Assembly (NCBI GenBank): GCA_964511115.1
Contig: CAZEEN010000001.1
Span: 1-46,107, forward strand
Direction: 5' to 3'
Origin: an uncultured Paludibacter sp.
GTDB taxonomy: Bacteria > Bacteroidota > Bacteroidia > Bacteroidales > Paludibacteraceae
DNA: 46,107 bases
The notes under the pieces are model-generated. The model searched no databases. It was given only the letters and a program-made list of their open reading frames with translations, and had not been told where the DNA came from. The position numbers and the translations under genes were made by a program. Every line of letters begins with the position of its first letter. Position 1 is the stretch's first letter. This document shows, piece after piece, positions 1 through 9,118 of this stretch.

Positions 1-270
1 AAATTTTACGAACATTATTTATGGAAAAAACATCGTAAAAAATTGTCAAAAATTCATTGTTAATTTTGTTGTAAAAGCCTATCAGGTCTATTTGCAGATA
101 GATACTCAACCCGTACAACAAAAATCGTGATTTTCTTTTTAACTGATTAAGATTAGCTATCACAGTTACTTGTCTAAAGTTTTTGAGAGCTATAATTGGT
201 TCTTCTATAAGTTCAACAAGGCTATAAATTATCAAAACTTGCATTATTTTCAAGTTTTGATAATTTATAG

Positions 271-278
271 TATCTTTG
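271..278 (+). promoter_or_regulatory. Bacteroidota sigma-A -7 element (TAnnTTTG) directly before the ATPase start codon
   Basis: TATCTTTG at 271-278, 4 nt before the ATG at 283. No clear -33 TTTG at canonical spacing. Confidence 0.55.
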
Positions 279-282
279 CAAT

Positions 283-1509
283 ATGAAAAATCTAACACAG
301 CGAAAAGAATATATTGATAAACTTTTGTCGTACAAAGACAAAGATATTATCAAAGTAATAACTGGATTACGTCGTTCGGGAAAATCAACCTTGTTAGAAT
401 TGTTCCGAACTTTATTGCTCAACGAAAGTGTAATGCCTGAACAAATACAGTTTTACAATTTTGAACTTCCCGAAAATTTTTTAAATAAAAAGTGGGACAC
501 GCTATATTTTGAAATAAAATCGAAAATACAAACTGACAAACAGAATTATATTTTTCTGGATGAAATTCAAAATATTACAGATTTCGAGAAATTAGTAGAT
601 GGGCTTTATGTCACCAAAAATACAGATGTTTATATCACTGGTTCAAATGCAAATTTACTATCTAGTGAATTAGCCACATTATTGAGTGGTAGGTATATAG
701 AAATCTCTATCTTACCCTTTTCGTTTGCTGAGTATTTGGAAGCCAGAGGTGTTGACATAAAAAACAAATACCTCAATTACGAAGCCTATTTTTTTGAATA
801 TGTAAATGAAACTTCACTTCCTAAAGGCGTAGATTTGCGTGAGGAAGGGTATAATATTGTTTACGAATATCTCGAAGCTCTGTATGCCACTATTATTGAG
901 AAAGATATAACACAACGACATAAAATTTACGATAAACGAGCTTTTGGAAATGTTGTAAAGTTTATCGCTGCAAATATCGGTAGTCAAGTGTCGCCCAGCA
1001 GTATATCTAAAGCTTTAAAAGCAGATAATCAAACAGTTCACCATTCAACTGTTGAAAATTTTATTGCATATTTAGTCGAAAGTTTTGTATTTTATTGCGT
1101 TCATCGTTTTGATATAAAAGGTAAAAGACAACTAGCAACATTGGAAAAATACTATCTGGTGGATGTGGGCTTATTGAATGTATTACTTGGAAAAGAACGA
1201 GATGCCAACAGAGGACATATCCTGGAAAATATAGTATATCTTGAACTTTTACGACGTGGTTATAAAATTTGGACTGGCGCATTACGCAACAGTGAAATTG
1301 ATTTCACTGTCAAAAACCGTGATGGTGAAATTGAATACTATCAAGTTTCGTGGGAAATATCAACTGCTGAAACTGCAAACCGAGAATTTGCCCCATTAGA
1401 ATCGGTGAAAGATAATTACGCTAAATATCTATTAACTACCGAGTCTTATCCACAAAATAGAGCAGGAATAATACACAAAAATGTATTTGAATGGCTGTTG
1501 AAAAATTAA
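283..1509 (+). CDS. AAA+ superfamily ATP-binding protein (AAA_14 + DUF4143 type)
   Basis: 408 aa. Walker A GLRRSGKS, Walker B IFLDEIQ, ITGSNA and LSGRY motifs, KYYLVDVGL, GHILENIVYLELLRRG and C-terminal EIDF..YYQVS are all typical of this family. Confidence 0.9.
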   Translation: MKNLTQRKEYIDKLLSYKDKDIIKVITGLRRSGKSTLLELFRTLLLNESVMPEQIQFYNFELPENFLNKKWDTLYFEIKSKIQTDKQNYIFLDEIQNITDFEKLVDGLYVTKNTDVYITGSNANLLSSELATLLSGRYIEISILPFSFAEYLEARGVDIKNKYLNYEAYFFEYVNETSLPKGVDLREEGYNIVYEYLEALYATIIEKDITQRHKIYDKRAFGNVVKFIAANIGSQVSPSSISKALKADNQTVHHSTVENFIAYLVESFVFYCVHRFDIKGKRQLATLEKYYLVDVGLLNVLLGKERDANRGHILENIVYLELLRRGYKIWTGALRNSEIDFTVKNRDGEIEYYQVSWEISTAETANREFAPLESVKDNYAKYLLTTESYPQNRAGIIHKNVFEWLLKN

Positions 1510-1635
1510 TCTAAAGTTTAGAGAGGTGTGTTTCAAGGGCTTTAATTGAAAGTCAAACTGCAAATCTTGCCCGTTAACTGAGTGAGGGGAGCGGATCACT
1601 AAACATCATATATTTTTTTGCCTTTATGAATAAAC

Positions 1636-1670
1636 AATGCCCGAAAATTCATTACTGAATATCGGGCATT
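1636..1670. terminator. Stem-loop between convergent genes, probable (bidirectional) terminator
   Basis: AATGCCCGA (1636-1644) pairs with TCGGGCATT (1662-1670), with inner ATTCA/TGAAT pairing. T-rich tails on both strands are weak. Confidence 0.65.
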
Positions 1671-1677
1671 CTTTCTG

Positions 1678-1738
1678 ACCTCAAAAAAACTAATTTGTTA
1701 AACTAAACCTGTTTCCTGTTTAAACGGATTTTGAATGC
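1678..1738 (-). repeat. 61-bp direct repeat, copy 1: 3' remnant of a small-peptide gene (IQNPFKQETGLV*) plus its 3' UTR
   Basis: 57/61 nt identical to 41946-42006 by manual alignment. One minus-strand frame reads IQNPFKQETGLV with a stop at 1698-1700. Confidence 0.9.
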
Positions 1739-2520
1739 CATTTTCCGCCCTCTTTTAATCCTTTCAATTTCTTACTTTCTAATTTTCGGGTAATAGTTCG
1801 AGTGTCCGATTTTAAAATTGCAGCCACTTCTTTGGTGGTCAGGTAATCCATAGTTGGTGCTTCGGAAGGCGACGCCACCATTGTATTAGCAACCGGATTC
1901 TCGGAATAAAGCTGTGTTGGCTTTGCTTTTTCGGGCACAGCATCCCGCTTTTGTAGAAAAGTGATAATGGGTTTTAGTTCCTGCAAATAGGTACTGTAAA
2001 GTTCCTTTTCAGTCATAGCATACACCACCACATCAGCCAGCACATCCTGCACTTCCAGATAGGCTTTAGCAAGGCACACTTTCATTAACTGAAAACACCA
2101 AGCATTGATACTTTCTTCCTGACTCACATCCACAGCGGGATTCAGTGCCTTCTCATACGTGAGCTTGCGTGCAACCATTTCTTCGCCCAGCTGTTGCAGA
2201 CAGGTGGTTAAATGCCTGTCAAGAATAAGTTCTCGGTAATAAGCGCGGATATCAGAATTGGTCTCGGCCAATAGTTCGGTGCGCAATTCGTTGCAATATG
2301 CAAAAGTCTCGCTCAACAAAGCCCTGCGGTAATATTCCTGTTTGGGGTGCAAGGGTTTGAGGAAACGAAGTGCATACAATCCTTCGTCGGAGGCAGAAGC
2401 TGTAAGTTGTTCCTGCAAGCGCAGTTTAAAGTTGGTGTTAGCACCATTTTCCGGCTTGAGAGGCGACATATTGCCACGCAAAAAAGCTGTAAACAAGGGG
2501 AATTGATAAACAAAATGCAT
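1720..2520 (-). CDS. Hypothetical protein with C-terminal excisionase-like helix-turn-helix (HTH_17 type), apparently 3'-truncated
   Basis: YLTTKEVAAILKSDTRTITRKLESKKLKGLKEGGKW matches the excisionase HTH pattern. The expected final helix is replaced by HSKSV*, read out of the 61-bp repeat. Looks more GC-rich than its flanks. Confidence 0.7.
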   Translation of the reverse strand: MHFVYQFPLFTAFLRGNMSPLKPENGANTNFKLRLQEQLTASASDEGLYALRFLKPLHPKQEYYRRALLSETFAYCNELRTELLAETNSDIRAYYRELILDRHLTTCLQQLGEEMVARKLTYEKALNPAVDVSQEESINAWCFQLMKVCLAKAYLEVQDVLADVVVYAMTEKELYSTYLQELKPIITFLQKRDAVPEKAKPTQLYSENPVANTMVASPSEAPTMDYLTTKEVAAILKSDTRTITRKLESKKLKGLKEGGKWHSKSV

Positions 2521-2623
2521 AATCGTAAGTCGGGTTAATCAAAGGCAATTGGCAAAATCGGTTTTGCTCTCCGTAAATGGCTCTCTGTTTTGTGTTTATA
2601 GTGTTAATTATTAATCTCAGTTA

Positions 2624-2631
2624 CAAAAATA
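2624..2631 (-). promoter_or_regulatory. Possible -7 element (TATTTTTG) for the HTH gene
   Basis: CAAAAATA on + reads TATTTTTG on -, about 100 nt upstream of the ATG at 2520. Confidence 0.35.
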
Positions 2632-2695
2632 GTGATTTTCTTTTTAACATAAATGGGATGTGGAAAAAATCTTTCAACAATTTTGGGTTTTTATC

Positions 2696-2742
2696 AAAAA
2701 AATCACCCACTCTAAGTCTTTTTTAAAACTCAGAGTGGGTGA
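2696..2742 (-). terminator. Rho-independent terminator ending the glycosidase operon
   Basis: TCACCCACTCT (2703-2713) pairs with AGAGTGGGTGA (2732-2742). A7 at 2696-2702 gives a U-tract on -. Confidence 0.85.
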
Positions 2743-2779
2743 AAACTTTACCTCAAAAAAATTAATATATAGCTGAAAT

Positions 2780-5176
2780 TTATTTCATTTCTTCAAACTC
2801 ACCCTTCACCCTTATATCTTCCGAACTGCTACCAATCAACACTTCAAATTTTCCAGCCTCAACTGTCCAGTTCATATTTTTGTCTAACAATTCCATATCC
2901 TGAGGTTTCAGCGTAAAGTGTACTGTCTTTGTCTCGTTTGGATTCAACGAAATACGCTCAAAACCTCTTAGTTGTGTATCGTAAACGGTTACACTACTTA
3001 CTACATCTTTTATATAAAGCTGAACCACCTCATCGCCTTTTCTGCTTCCGGTATTAGTAATGTCTACCGAAACAGTTATTTCTCCCTGACTCTGTTGTTT
3101 TTCAGGCGTAATTTTCAGATTTTTATATTCAAAAGTGGTGTAGCTCAAACCATATCCAAAGGGATAAAGCGCACCTTCGACAGCCGTATTGCCCGAACCA
3201 TTGGGACCAGAAGCCGATTGACGTGCATGTGAGCCTGGTTTAAATGGAAAATTCAATTCTATTTGACCCACACTTTTAGGGAATGTAACCGATAGTTTTC
3301 CACCCGGATTATAATCGCCAAAAATGGTTTCTGCAATCGCTAGTCCGCCTAATGCATTGGGAAACCACGCCTCAAGAATAGCAGGCAAGTATTTGTTTTC
3401 CCAGTTAATGGTTAGCGGTTGACCGTTGATTAACACCAACACAATCGGCTTTCCTGTTTCTTTAAGTGCCTGTAATAATTGTAACTGACGACCGGGTAGC
3501 CCCAAGCTTGTACGTGTACGGCTTTCTCCACATCGCTGCTCATCTTGTCCCACTACCGCTATAACTACATCGGATTGTTTTGCTTTTTCAACAGCCTCAT
3601 TAATTGATTTTTGTTCTTCCTGAGTTAATGGAGTTGGAATTATTTCACTTTCCGGCCAGGTAGCGTCAATTACTTCGCAACCTTGCGCATAATCTACAGT
3701 AGCCGATTGTCCAATATAGTTTCTTAATCCATCCAATACATTGGTTATTGTCAGGTTTTGTGGCCCATAACGGCTGACATACACATCTTTATTATCGGCC
3801 AATGGACCAGTTACCAATATGTTTTTTAGTGATTTTAAGTTCAATGGCAAAAGGTTGTTTTCATTTTTCAACAAAACGAGTGATTCATGCGCCATTTGCA
3901 ATACAAAATCCTTGGTGTCGGGCGAAGCTACTATTTTGTCTGCCGCTTTGGTGTCTTTTACATAAGGCGAATCGAACAAACCAAGTTGAAACTTCACACG
4001 CAACACATCCGCCACATTTCTATCCAATGTTTTCATACTGAGTTTACCTTCGTTTACCAATTCACGAAGCGGTAAAATATAATCTTGCGGCGGTGTAAAT
4101 TGCGTGCGTACATTGAGTCCTGCTTCGGCAACCTGACGAACGGCTTCTTTGTAATCGCCGGCGACATGGTGTTTGGTTTGTACAAATTCTACCGCTTCGC
4201 TGTCCGAAACCACAAATCCCCTAAAACCATATTGATTGCGAAGTAACTCTGTGAGAAAATAATAGCTGGCACTCACTGGCACACCATCCCAATCGTTGTA
4301 ACTGCTCATTACGCCCATAGGATGCGATTCGCTAACGATTTTTCGGTATGGATATAAATGTAATTGATGCATTTCGCGTGGCGCAACGTGTGGATCGGTG
4401 CGGGCATCACCATCTCGACCACCCTTTGGTACGCTATAAACGGCGTAATGTTTCAATGTGGCAGCCACACCTTGCGATTGAATGCCTTCCACCATTTGTT
4501 GGCCAAGTGCTGTAACGTGAAATGGTTCTTCGCCATAACATTCCAACACACGTCCCCAGCGTGGATCACGTGCAAGGTCGAGAATGGGTGCATATACATT
4601 GGTGTAACCCAATGCTTTTGCTTCGCGACCGGCAATAACACCAGCTTGTCGAACCAAGGCTTTATTCCATGTACTTCCAATGGCAATGGGAGCAGGAAAT
4701 GGTGTGGCTCGGTCGTGATTCAGTCCATGTATGCCTTCATTCGAAAAATCAACCGGAATGCCCAATCGGGTTTCTTCCACAAACCAACGTTGAATGGTAT
4801 TTATTGCTTCAGCATGTTTGCTGTAAGGGTAAGAATATTGCGTTGTTTTTAGTCCGTTCAGTTGTTCATCAATATTGGCAATACCATCTTTCCAGATTTC
4901 GTTTTTCCAATCGGGTGTAGGCAATTCGTCTTTCAAAACGCGTTTGTAACCATACAAAGTGGCACATTGGCAGGTTTTTTCATTCACGTTCATATGCTTC
5001 AACAAGTTACTCACGCGTTTTTCAATGGGTTGAAATGGGTCTTCGTAAATGTCTTTTTTACCGTTTTTGTTAAAGTCAATCCAATCTTTATGATAAATAG
5101 ATTGAGCAGAAAGATGGCTGGTAAATATTAAAACAATGGCAATTATACTGATTCTGAAGAACAATTCTTTATTCAT
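2780..5176 (-). CDS. GH3 beta-glucosidase/beta-xylosidase, periplasmic, with FN3-like C-terminal domain
   Basis: RDPRWGRVLECYGEEP, LKHY, VMSSYN, FVVSD nucleophile motif, LYPFGYGLSYTTF, LRGFERI. Start moved to the ATG at 5176 (MNKELFF..., signal peptide), which overlaps the GH95 stop (ATGAATAA). Confidence 0.93.
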   Translation of the reverse strand: MNKELFFRISIIAIVLIFTSHLSAQSIYHKDWIDFNKNGKKDIYEDPFQPIEKRVSNLLKHMNVNEKTCQCATLYGYKRVLKDELPTPDWKNEIWKDGIANIDEQLNGLKTTQYSYPYSKHAEAINTIQRWFVEETRLGIPVDFSNEGIHGLNHDRATPFPAPIAIGSTWNKALVRQAGVIAGREAKALGYTNVYAPILDLARDPRWGRVLECYGEEPFHVTALGQQMVEGIQSQGVAATLKHYAVYSVPKGGRDGDARTDPHVAPREMHQLHLYPYRKIVSESHPMGVMSSYNDWDGVPVSASYYFLTELLRNQYGFRGFVVSDSEAVEFVQTKHHVAGDYKEAVRQVAEAGLNVRTQFTPPQDYILPLRELVNEGKLSMKTLDRNVADVLRVKFQLGLFDSPYVKDTKAADKIVASPDTKDFVLQMAHESLVLLKNENNLLPLNLKSLKNILVTGPLADNKDVYVSRYGPQNLTITNVLDGLRNYIGQSATVDYAQGCEVIDATWPESEIIPTPLTQEEQKSINEAVEKAKQSDVVIAVVGQDEQRCGESRTRTSLGLPGRQLQLLQALKETGKPIVLVLINGQPLTINWENKYLPAILEAWFPNALGGLAIAETIFGDYNPGGKLSVTFPKSVGQIELNFPFKPGSHARQSASGPNGSGNTAVEGALYPFGYGLSYTTFEYKNLKITPEKQQSQGEITVSVDITNTGSRKGDEVVQLYIKDVVSSVTVYDTQLRGFERISLNPNETKTVHFTLKPQDMELLDKNMNWTVEAGKFEVLIGSSSEDIRVKGEFEEMK

Positions 5177-7619
5177 TTTTAAGAGAATTTTTTTTGGATG
5201 ATTCAATTTGATAAGTAGCCCCTGCTTTTGTTTCAAAAGTGTTCAGATAACTTTTCCCAACAATGGATTCTTGAATTTCAGTTTGCACCTTAATATTTTT
5301 AACCGTTATTGGCGAATTGGTTCTGAGTTTGCAAATTCCAGCATTATTACTCAAAATAGTTGCTGATTTTATTTTGCCTTTATCCCAGTTTATATTAACA
5401 TCAAATCCACCACGTGCTTTTAGTCCCGAAATGGAACCATTAGCCCAAGCATCGGGCAAGGCAGGCAGCAAATAGATTTCCTTTTGATGGCTTTGCATCA
5501 GCATTTCTGAAATGCTCTCGACAACACCAAAATTTCCATCAATTTGATACGGTGTACACGCATTCAACAAATTTGGATAGGTACCACCTTTTAATGTGAA
5601 TCCCTTTTCGGTGGTGAAGGTCATGTCTTTTTGAAGTAATTTGTAGGCATAATTGCCCTCTAACAATCGTGCCCAAAAGCTTATTTTCCAAACTATTGAC
5701 CAGCCAGTACCTCCATCACCTCTGATTTCCAGCGTTTTTTTGCAAGCCTTAAAAAGTTCCGGCGTTTCGAAAGGTGATATTTCATTTCCCGGATGCAAAC
5801 AAAACAAGTGTGATACGTGTCGGTGTTGAAGATCTTTTTCAACGAAATCCTCAGCCCATTCCTGCAAATTACCTTTTTTGCCAATTTGATAGGGTAATAA
5901 TTTATCTTTGGTTTGTTGCAGTTTTTTGGCAAAATCTACATCAGTTGCCAATACATTAGAAGCATCAATCAAGTTTGTGAAAAGATTCCGAATCAAGGCC
6001 AAATCAATGGTTGCCGTTTTTGTAGCCGACCAGATTTTTCCATCGGTAAGTTTGAAACTATTTTCGGGCGAAGTAGATGGCGAAGTAATTAAATGACCCT
6101 TTCCATCTTCTATCAACCAGTCTAAACAAAACTCTGCAGCACCTTTCATAAGCGGATAAGCCACCTTTCGCAGGTATTCTTTATCGCCATTGTAAGCATA
6201 TTTTTCCCATACACTTTGACATAGCCATACGCCAGCCAGCGAGAAATTTGCCCAGCGTGGGTCGCCTTTCATATCACCAACAGGATTAGTCAATGCCCAA
6301 ATATCTGAATTATGAGCTGCAGCCCATCCGTTGCAACCATAAATATTTTTTGCAGTTTCAGCTCCTGTTTTCGACATATTTATCACTTGCTGAATCAAGG
6401 GTTCTGCCATATCGCCCAATCCAGTTTTTTCGGCAGCCCAATAGTTCATTTCCAGATTGATATTGGTAGTGTAGTTCGATTTCCAAGGTGGACGAAGACC
6501 AACCGACCATTTGCCCGAAAGATTAGCTGGTATACCACCGGGTCTTGAACTTGAAATAAGCAAATACCGACCGTATTGATACAATAAAACCTCCAATTGT
6601 TGGTCTGATTTATCGGTTTGATAGCGTTGGAGACGTTCATCAGTTGGTAATTTTTCTGCTTCTGAATTGTGCGATAATTCAAACTTCAAGCGTTGAAAAT
6701 AATTCGAATAATCAGCAATGTGTCTGGATTTTAGCTCTTTGAATTTTTTGTTTCCCAAACCATTTAAATATTCTTTGGCCAATGCAGCTTCGTCTCGTCC
6801 TTCGCTCACAGGGCATTTGTCATAGCCATTAAAACTTGTTGCAATCGACAAAACAAGTGTCACATTGGTTGCTTTAGAAATGCTAATGCCTGTGTTATCA
6901 ATCATTTCTTTTCCATCGTTTTCAATTGTCTTTACCCGCAATTGAAACCGCATCCCTTTACAGGCATCGCCCCATTGTTGAGGGCTATCCGAAGACAGCG
7001 CATTACCATTCATCAACCAATCTTTTCCGTCTGTTGAAAATGTTGTTTTCTGTACTGATTTGGCTGAAATATTAAAATCTAGCTTATTTGGGGTTGATGA
7101 AGTAAGACGAATGACGATAACCTGATCGGGTGCCGAAACAAAAACTTCACGGGAAAAGGTTGTTTTCCCTACCGTAAAACGGGTTGTCGTAATGGCATTT
7201 GAGATATCAAGTTCACGGTAATAATTTGATACTTCGGCATCCGTACTTTGCTTCATAACCAAATCACCCACAGGCATATACGTCATACTGGAATTGCCCT
7301 GCATTTTACGGCTCAACTGGTCGGCTAATTCATAGTTATTTTCGTCTAATGCTTTACGAATAGGTGCAAGAAAGCTTGGAGCAGCGGGATTTGGATTCCC
7401 ATTTACCGGACCACCTGACCATAAAGTTTCTTCGTTCAAGTTGATGAATTCTTCTGCAGGACGACCATAAACCATAGCGGCAAGTCGCCCATTCCCCACT
7501 GGTAGTGCATAGATAAATGACTCTGCGGGCGTTTTATACCAAAGCTTAAAAGGTTGATTCTTAGCAACTATAAATGTAAAATTTCCAAATAGGAATAAAA
7601 AAAACAGGATTCGTTTCAT
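5169..7619 (-). CDS. GH95 alpha-L-fucosidase / alpha-L-galactosidase family protein
   Basis: LPVGNGRL, NEETLWSG, YGRYLLISSSR, NYTTNINLEMNYW, SPEN, HRHVSHL, QIDGNFG, LLPALP; N-terminal signal peptide. Confidence 0.93.
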   Translation of the reverse strand: MKRILFFLFLFGNFTFIVAKNQPFKLWYKTPAESFIYALPVGNGRLAAMVYGRPAEEFINLNEETLWSGGPVNGNPNPAAPSFLAPIRKALDENNYELADQLSRKMQGNSSMTYMPVGDLVMKQSTDAEVSNYYRELDISNAITTTRFTVGKTTFSREVFVSAPDQVIVIRLTSSTPNKLDFNISAKSVQKTTFSTDGKDWLMNGNALSSDSPQQWGDACKGMRFQLRVKTIENDGKEMIDNTGISISKATNVTLVLSIATSFNGYDKCPVSEGRDEAALAKEYLNGLGNKKFKELKSRHIADYSNYFQRLKFELSHNSEAEKLPTDERLQRYQTDKSDQQLEVLLYQYGRYLLISSSRPGGIPANLSGKWSVGLRPPWKSNYTTNINLEMNYWAAEKTGLGDMAEPLIQQVINMSKTGAETAKNIYGCNGWAAAHNSDIWALTNPVGDMKGDPRWANFSLAGVWLCQSVWEKYAYNGDKEYLRKVAYPLMKGAAEFCLDWLIEDGKGHLITSPSTSPENSFKLTDGKIWSATKTATIDLALIRNLFTNLIDASNVLATDVDFAKKLQQTKDKLLPYQIGKKGNLQEWAEDFVEKDLQHRHVSHLFCLHPGNEISPFETPELFKACKKTLEIRGDGGTGWSIVWKISFWARLLEGNYAYKLLQKDMTFTTEKGFTLKGGTYPNLLNACTPYQIDGNFGVVESISEMLMQSHQKEIYLLPALPDAWANGSISGLKARGGFDVNINWDKGKIKSATILSNNAGICKLRTNSPITVKNIKVQTEIQESIVGKSYLNTFETKAGATYQIESSKKNSLKNE

Positions 7620-7696
7620 TTTTCTTTAATTTGATACATCGTTTCCCCCAGATAAAATAAGCCAACAATAAGAATATCAAGTATTTTCTCCTAAAT

Positions 7697-9106
7697 TTAA
7701 TCCAATTCACCGGTTTTCATTTTCAAACTTTTATTGGTATCGTTCAAATTAATTTTTCCTTTAATTTCCAATTTAACAACAGTTGCTATCGGATTTGGCA
7801 TTGTGGCGGGTACTTCAATTTGCAACTCATTGTTGTTCAAGTTGAATTTAAGCTTTTTATTCGTTTCGAGCAACTTACAACTCACAACTTTATTCCTAAA
7901 ATTTTGTACAGCCAATTTGCCTCCTTTTGGCCATTCGAAAACGCAAAGATACAAAATAGTACTATTTTTCAATGGTTTTTGTGTACAGCGGCCCCAACTC
8001 AATTCAGCAAGAGGACTGCCATTCGTTCCATAAATAGCTTCACCGTTTAACTTCATCCAATCACCAATTTGTTTCAATCGTTCGATACTTGCTTGTGGAA
8101 AAGTTCCATCGGGTTTTGGACCAATATTAAGCAGAAAATTCCCATTTTTCGAAGCTATATCAATCAGATTCCGCACCAATGTTTCAGTCGATTTCCATTT
8201 ATCGTCGTAACTTTTATAACCCCACGAACCGTTCATGGTCATGCATGTTTCCCAGTTGTTATTATCCAACTCATCCCATTTCGGAATCCGTTGCTCTGGC
8301 GTTTTAAAATCTCCCGGAAAGTTAGGTTGCTTCAGGCGGTCGTTGGTAATTACATTCGGGTATTTTTTCAGAATTTCCTGCACTTTCGTGGCCATATCGT
8401 CCGTCATATCCACCGGTGTGTCCCACCAAAAAATGCCTATATCGCCATAATTTGCTAATAATTCCTTGATTTGTGGAATGGCCACATCGTCGAAATACTG
8501 CGCTTGCGTTTTGGATGTTTGAATCGGTTCCCAATGACCACGATGCTCTGCTGTATATTTATCTATGCGTGCGGAATCGGGATTGCTCCAACCCTCTATT
8601 GACTTTTTAATGCCCACTGCACCGCCCGGATTAGTCCAGTCCTGCGCTTGTGAGTAGTAAAATCCGAGTTTCATTTTGTATTTCCGACAGGCATTTGCCA
8701 ACGGCGTTAGAAAATCTTTTTTGTAAGCCGTAGCATTTACAATGTTCCAGTCGCTGGCTTTACTGTCGAACATGGCAAAACCATCGTGGTGTTTGGAAGT
8801 GATTACAATGTACTTCATGCCTGCATCCTTGGCCATTTTTACCCACGCTTCAGCATCATATTTCGACGGGTTGAAGTTGCGCGCAGAATCTTTGTACTCC
8901 TGAATCGGAATTTTGCTGCGGTTCATAATCCACTCAGCACCGCCTTTATTCATTTTGTGACCGTGATACATGCCGCCCCATTGCGCATAAACGCCAAAAT
9001 GGATGAACATACCAAAACGGGCTTCGCTCCACCATTGCATTTTCTGGTTTTGGGCATTAAGTGCTAAAGCGATTGTAAGGAATAACAGAATGATTTTGGA
9101 TTTCAT
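7697..9106 (-). CDS. GH29 alpha-L-fucosidase
   Basis: ARFGMFIHFG, AEWI, AGMKYIVITSKHHDGF, FWWD nucleophile, WETCMTMNGSWGY, GNFLLNIGP; signal peptide. Confidence 0.95.
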   Translation of the reverse strand: MKSKIILLFLTIALALNAQNQKMQWWSEARFGMFIHFGVYAQWGGMYHGHKMNKGGAEWIMNRSKIPIQEYKDSARNFNPSKYDAEAWVKMAKDAGMKYIVITSKHHDGFAMFDSKASDWNIVNATAYKKDFLTPLANACRKYKMKLGFYYSQAQDWTNPGGAVGIKKSIEGWSNPDSARIDKYTAEHRGHWEPIQTSKTQAQYFDDVAIPQIKELLANYGDIGIFWWDTPVDMTDDMATKVQEILKKYPNVITNDRLKQPNFPGDFKTPEQRIPKWDELDNNNWETCMTMNGSWGYKSYDDKWKSTETLVRNLIDIASKNGNFLLNIGPKPDGTFPQASIERLKQIGDWMKLNGEAIYGTNGSPLAELSWGRCTQKPLKNSTILYLCVFEWPKGGKLAVQNFRNKVVSCKLLETNKKLKFNLNNNELQIEVPATMPNPIATVVKLEIKGKINLNDTNKSLKMKTGELD

Positions 9107-9118
9107 TTAAATAGTATT

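Noticed and set aside
222-422. Minus-strand 66-aa ORF and the many other 60-160 aa ORFs nested in long genes
   Set aside because: They overlap well-supported CDSs and show no recognisable motifs.
283-1509. AAA ATPase as part of an anti-phage system
   Set aside because: It is a solitary member of a very common Bacteroidota family, with no partner defence genes visible in the window.
5177-5236. ORF-track start of GH3 at 5236
   Set aside because: It would overlap GH95 by 68 nt and bury the signal peptide. The ATG at 5176, coupled to the GH95 stop, fits better.
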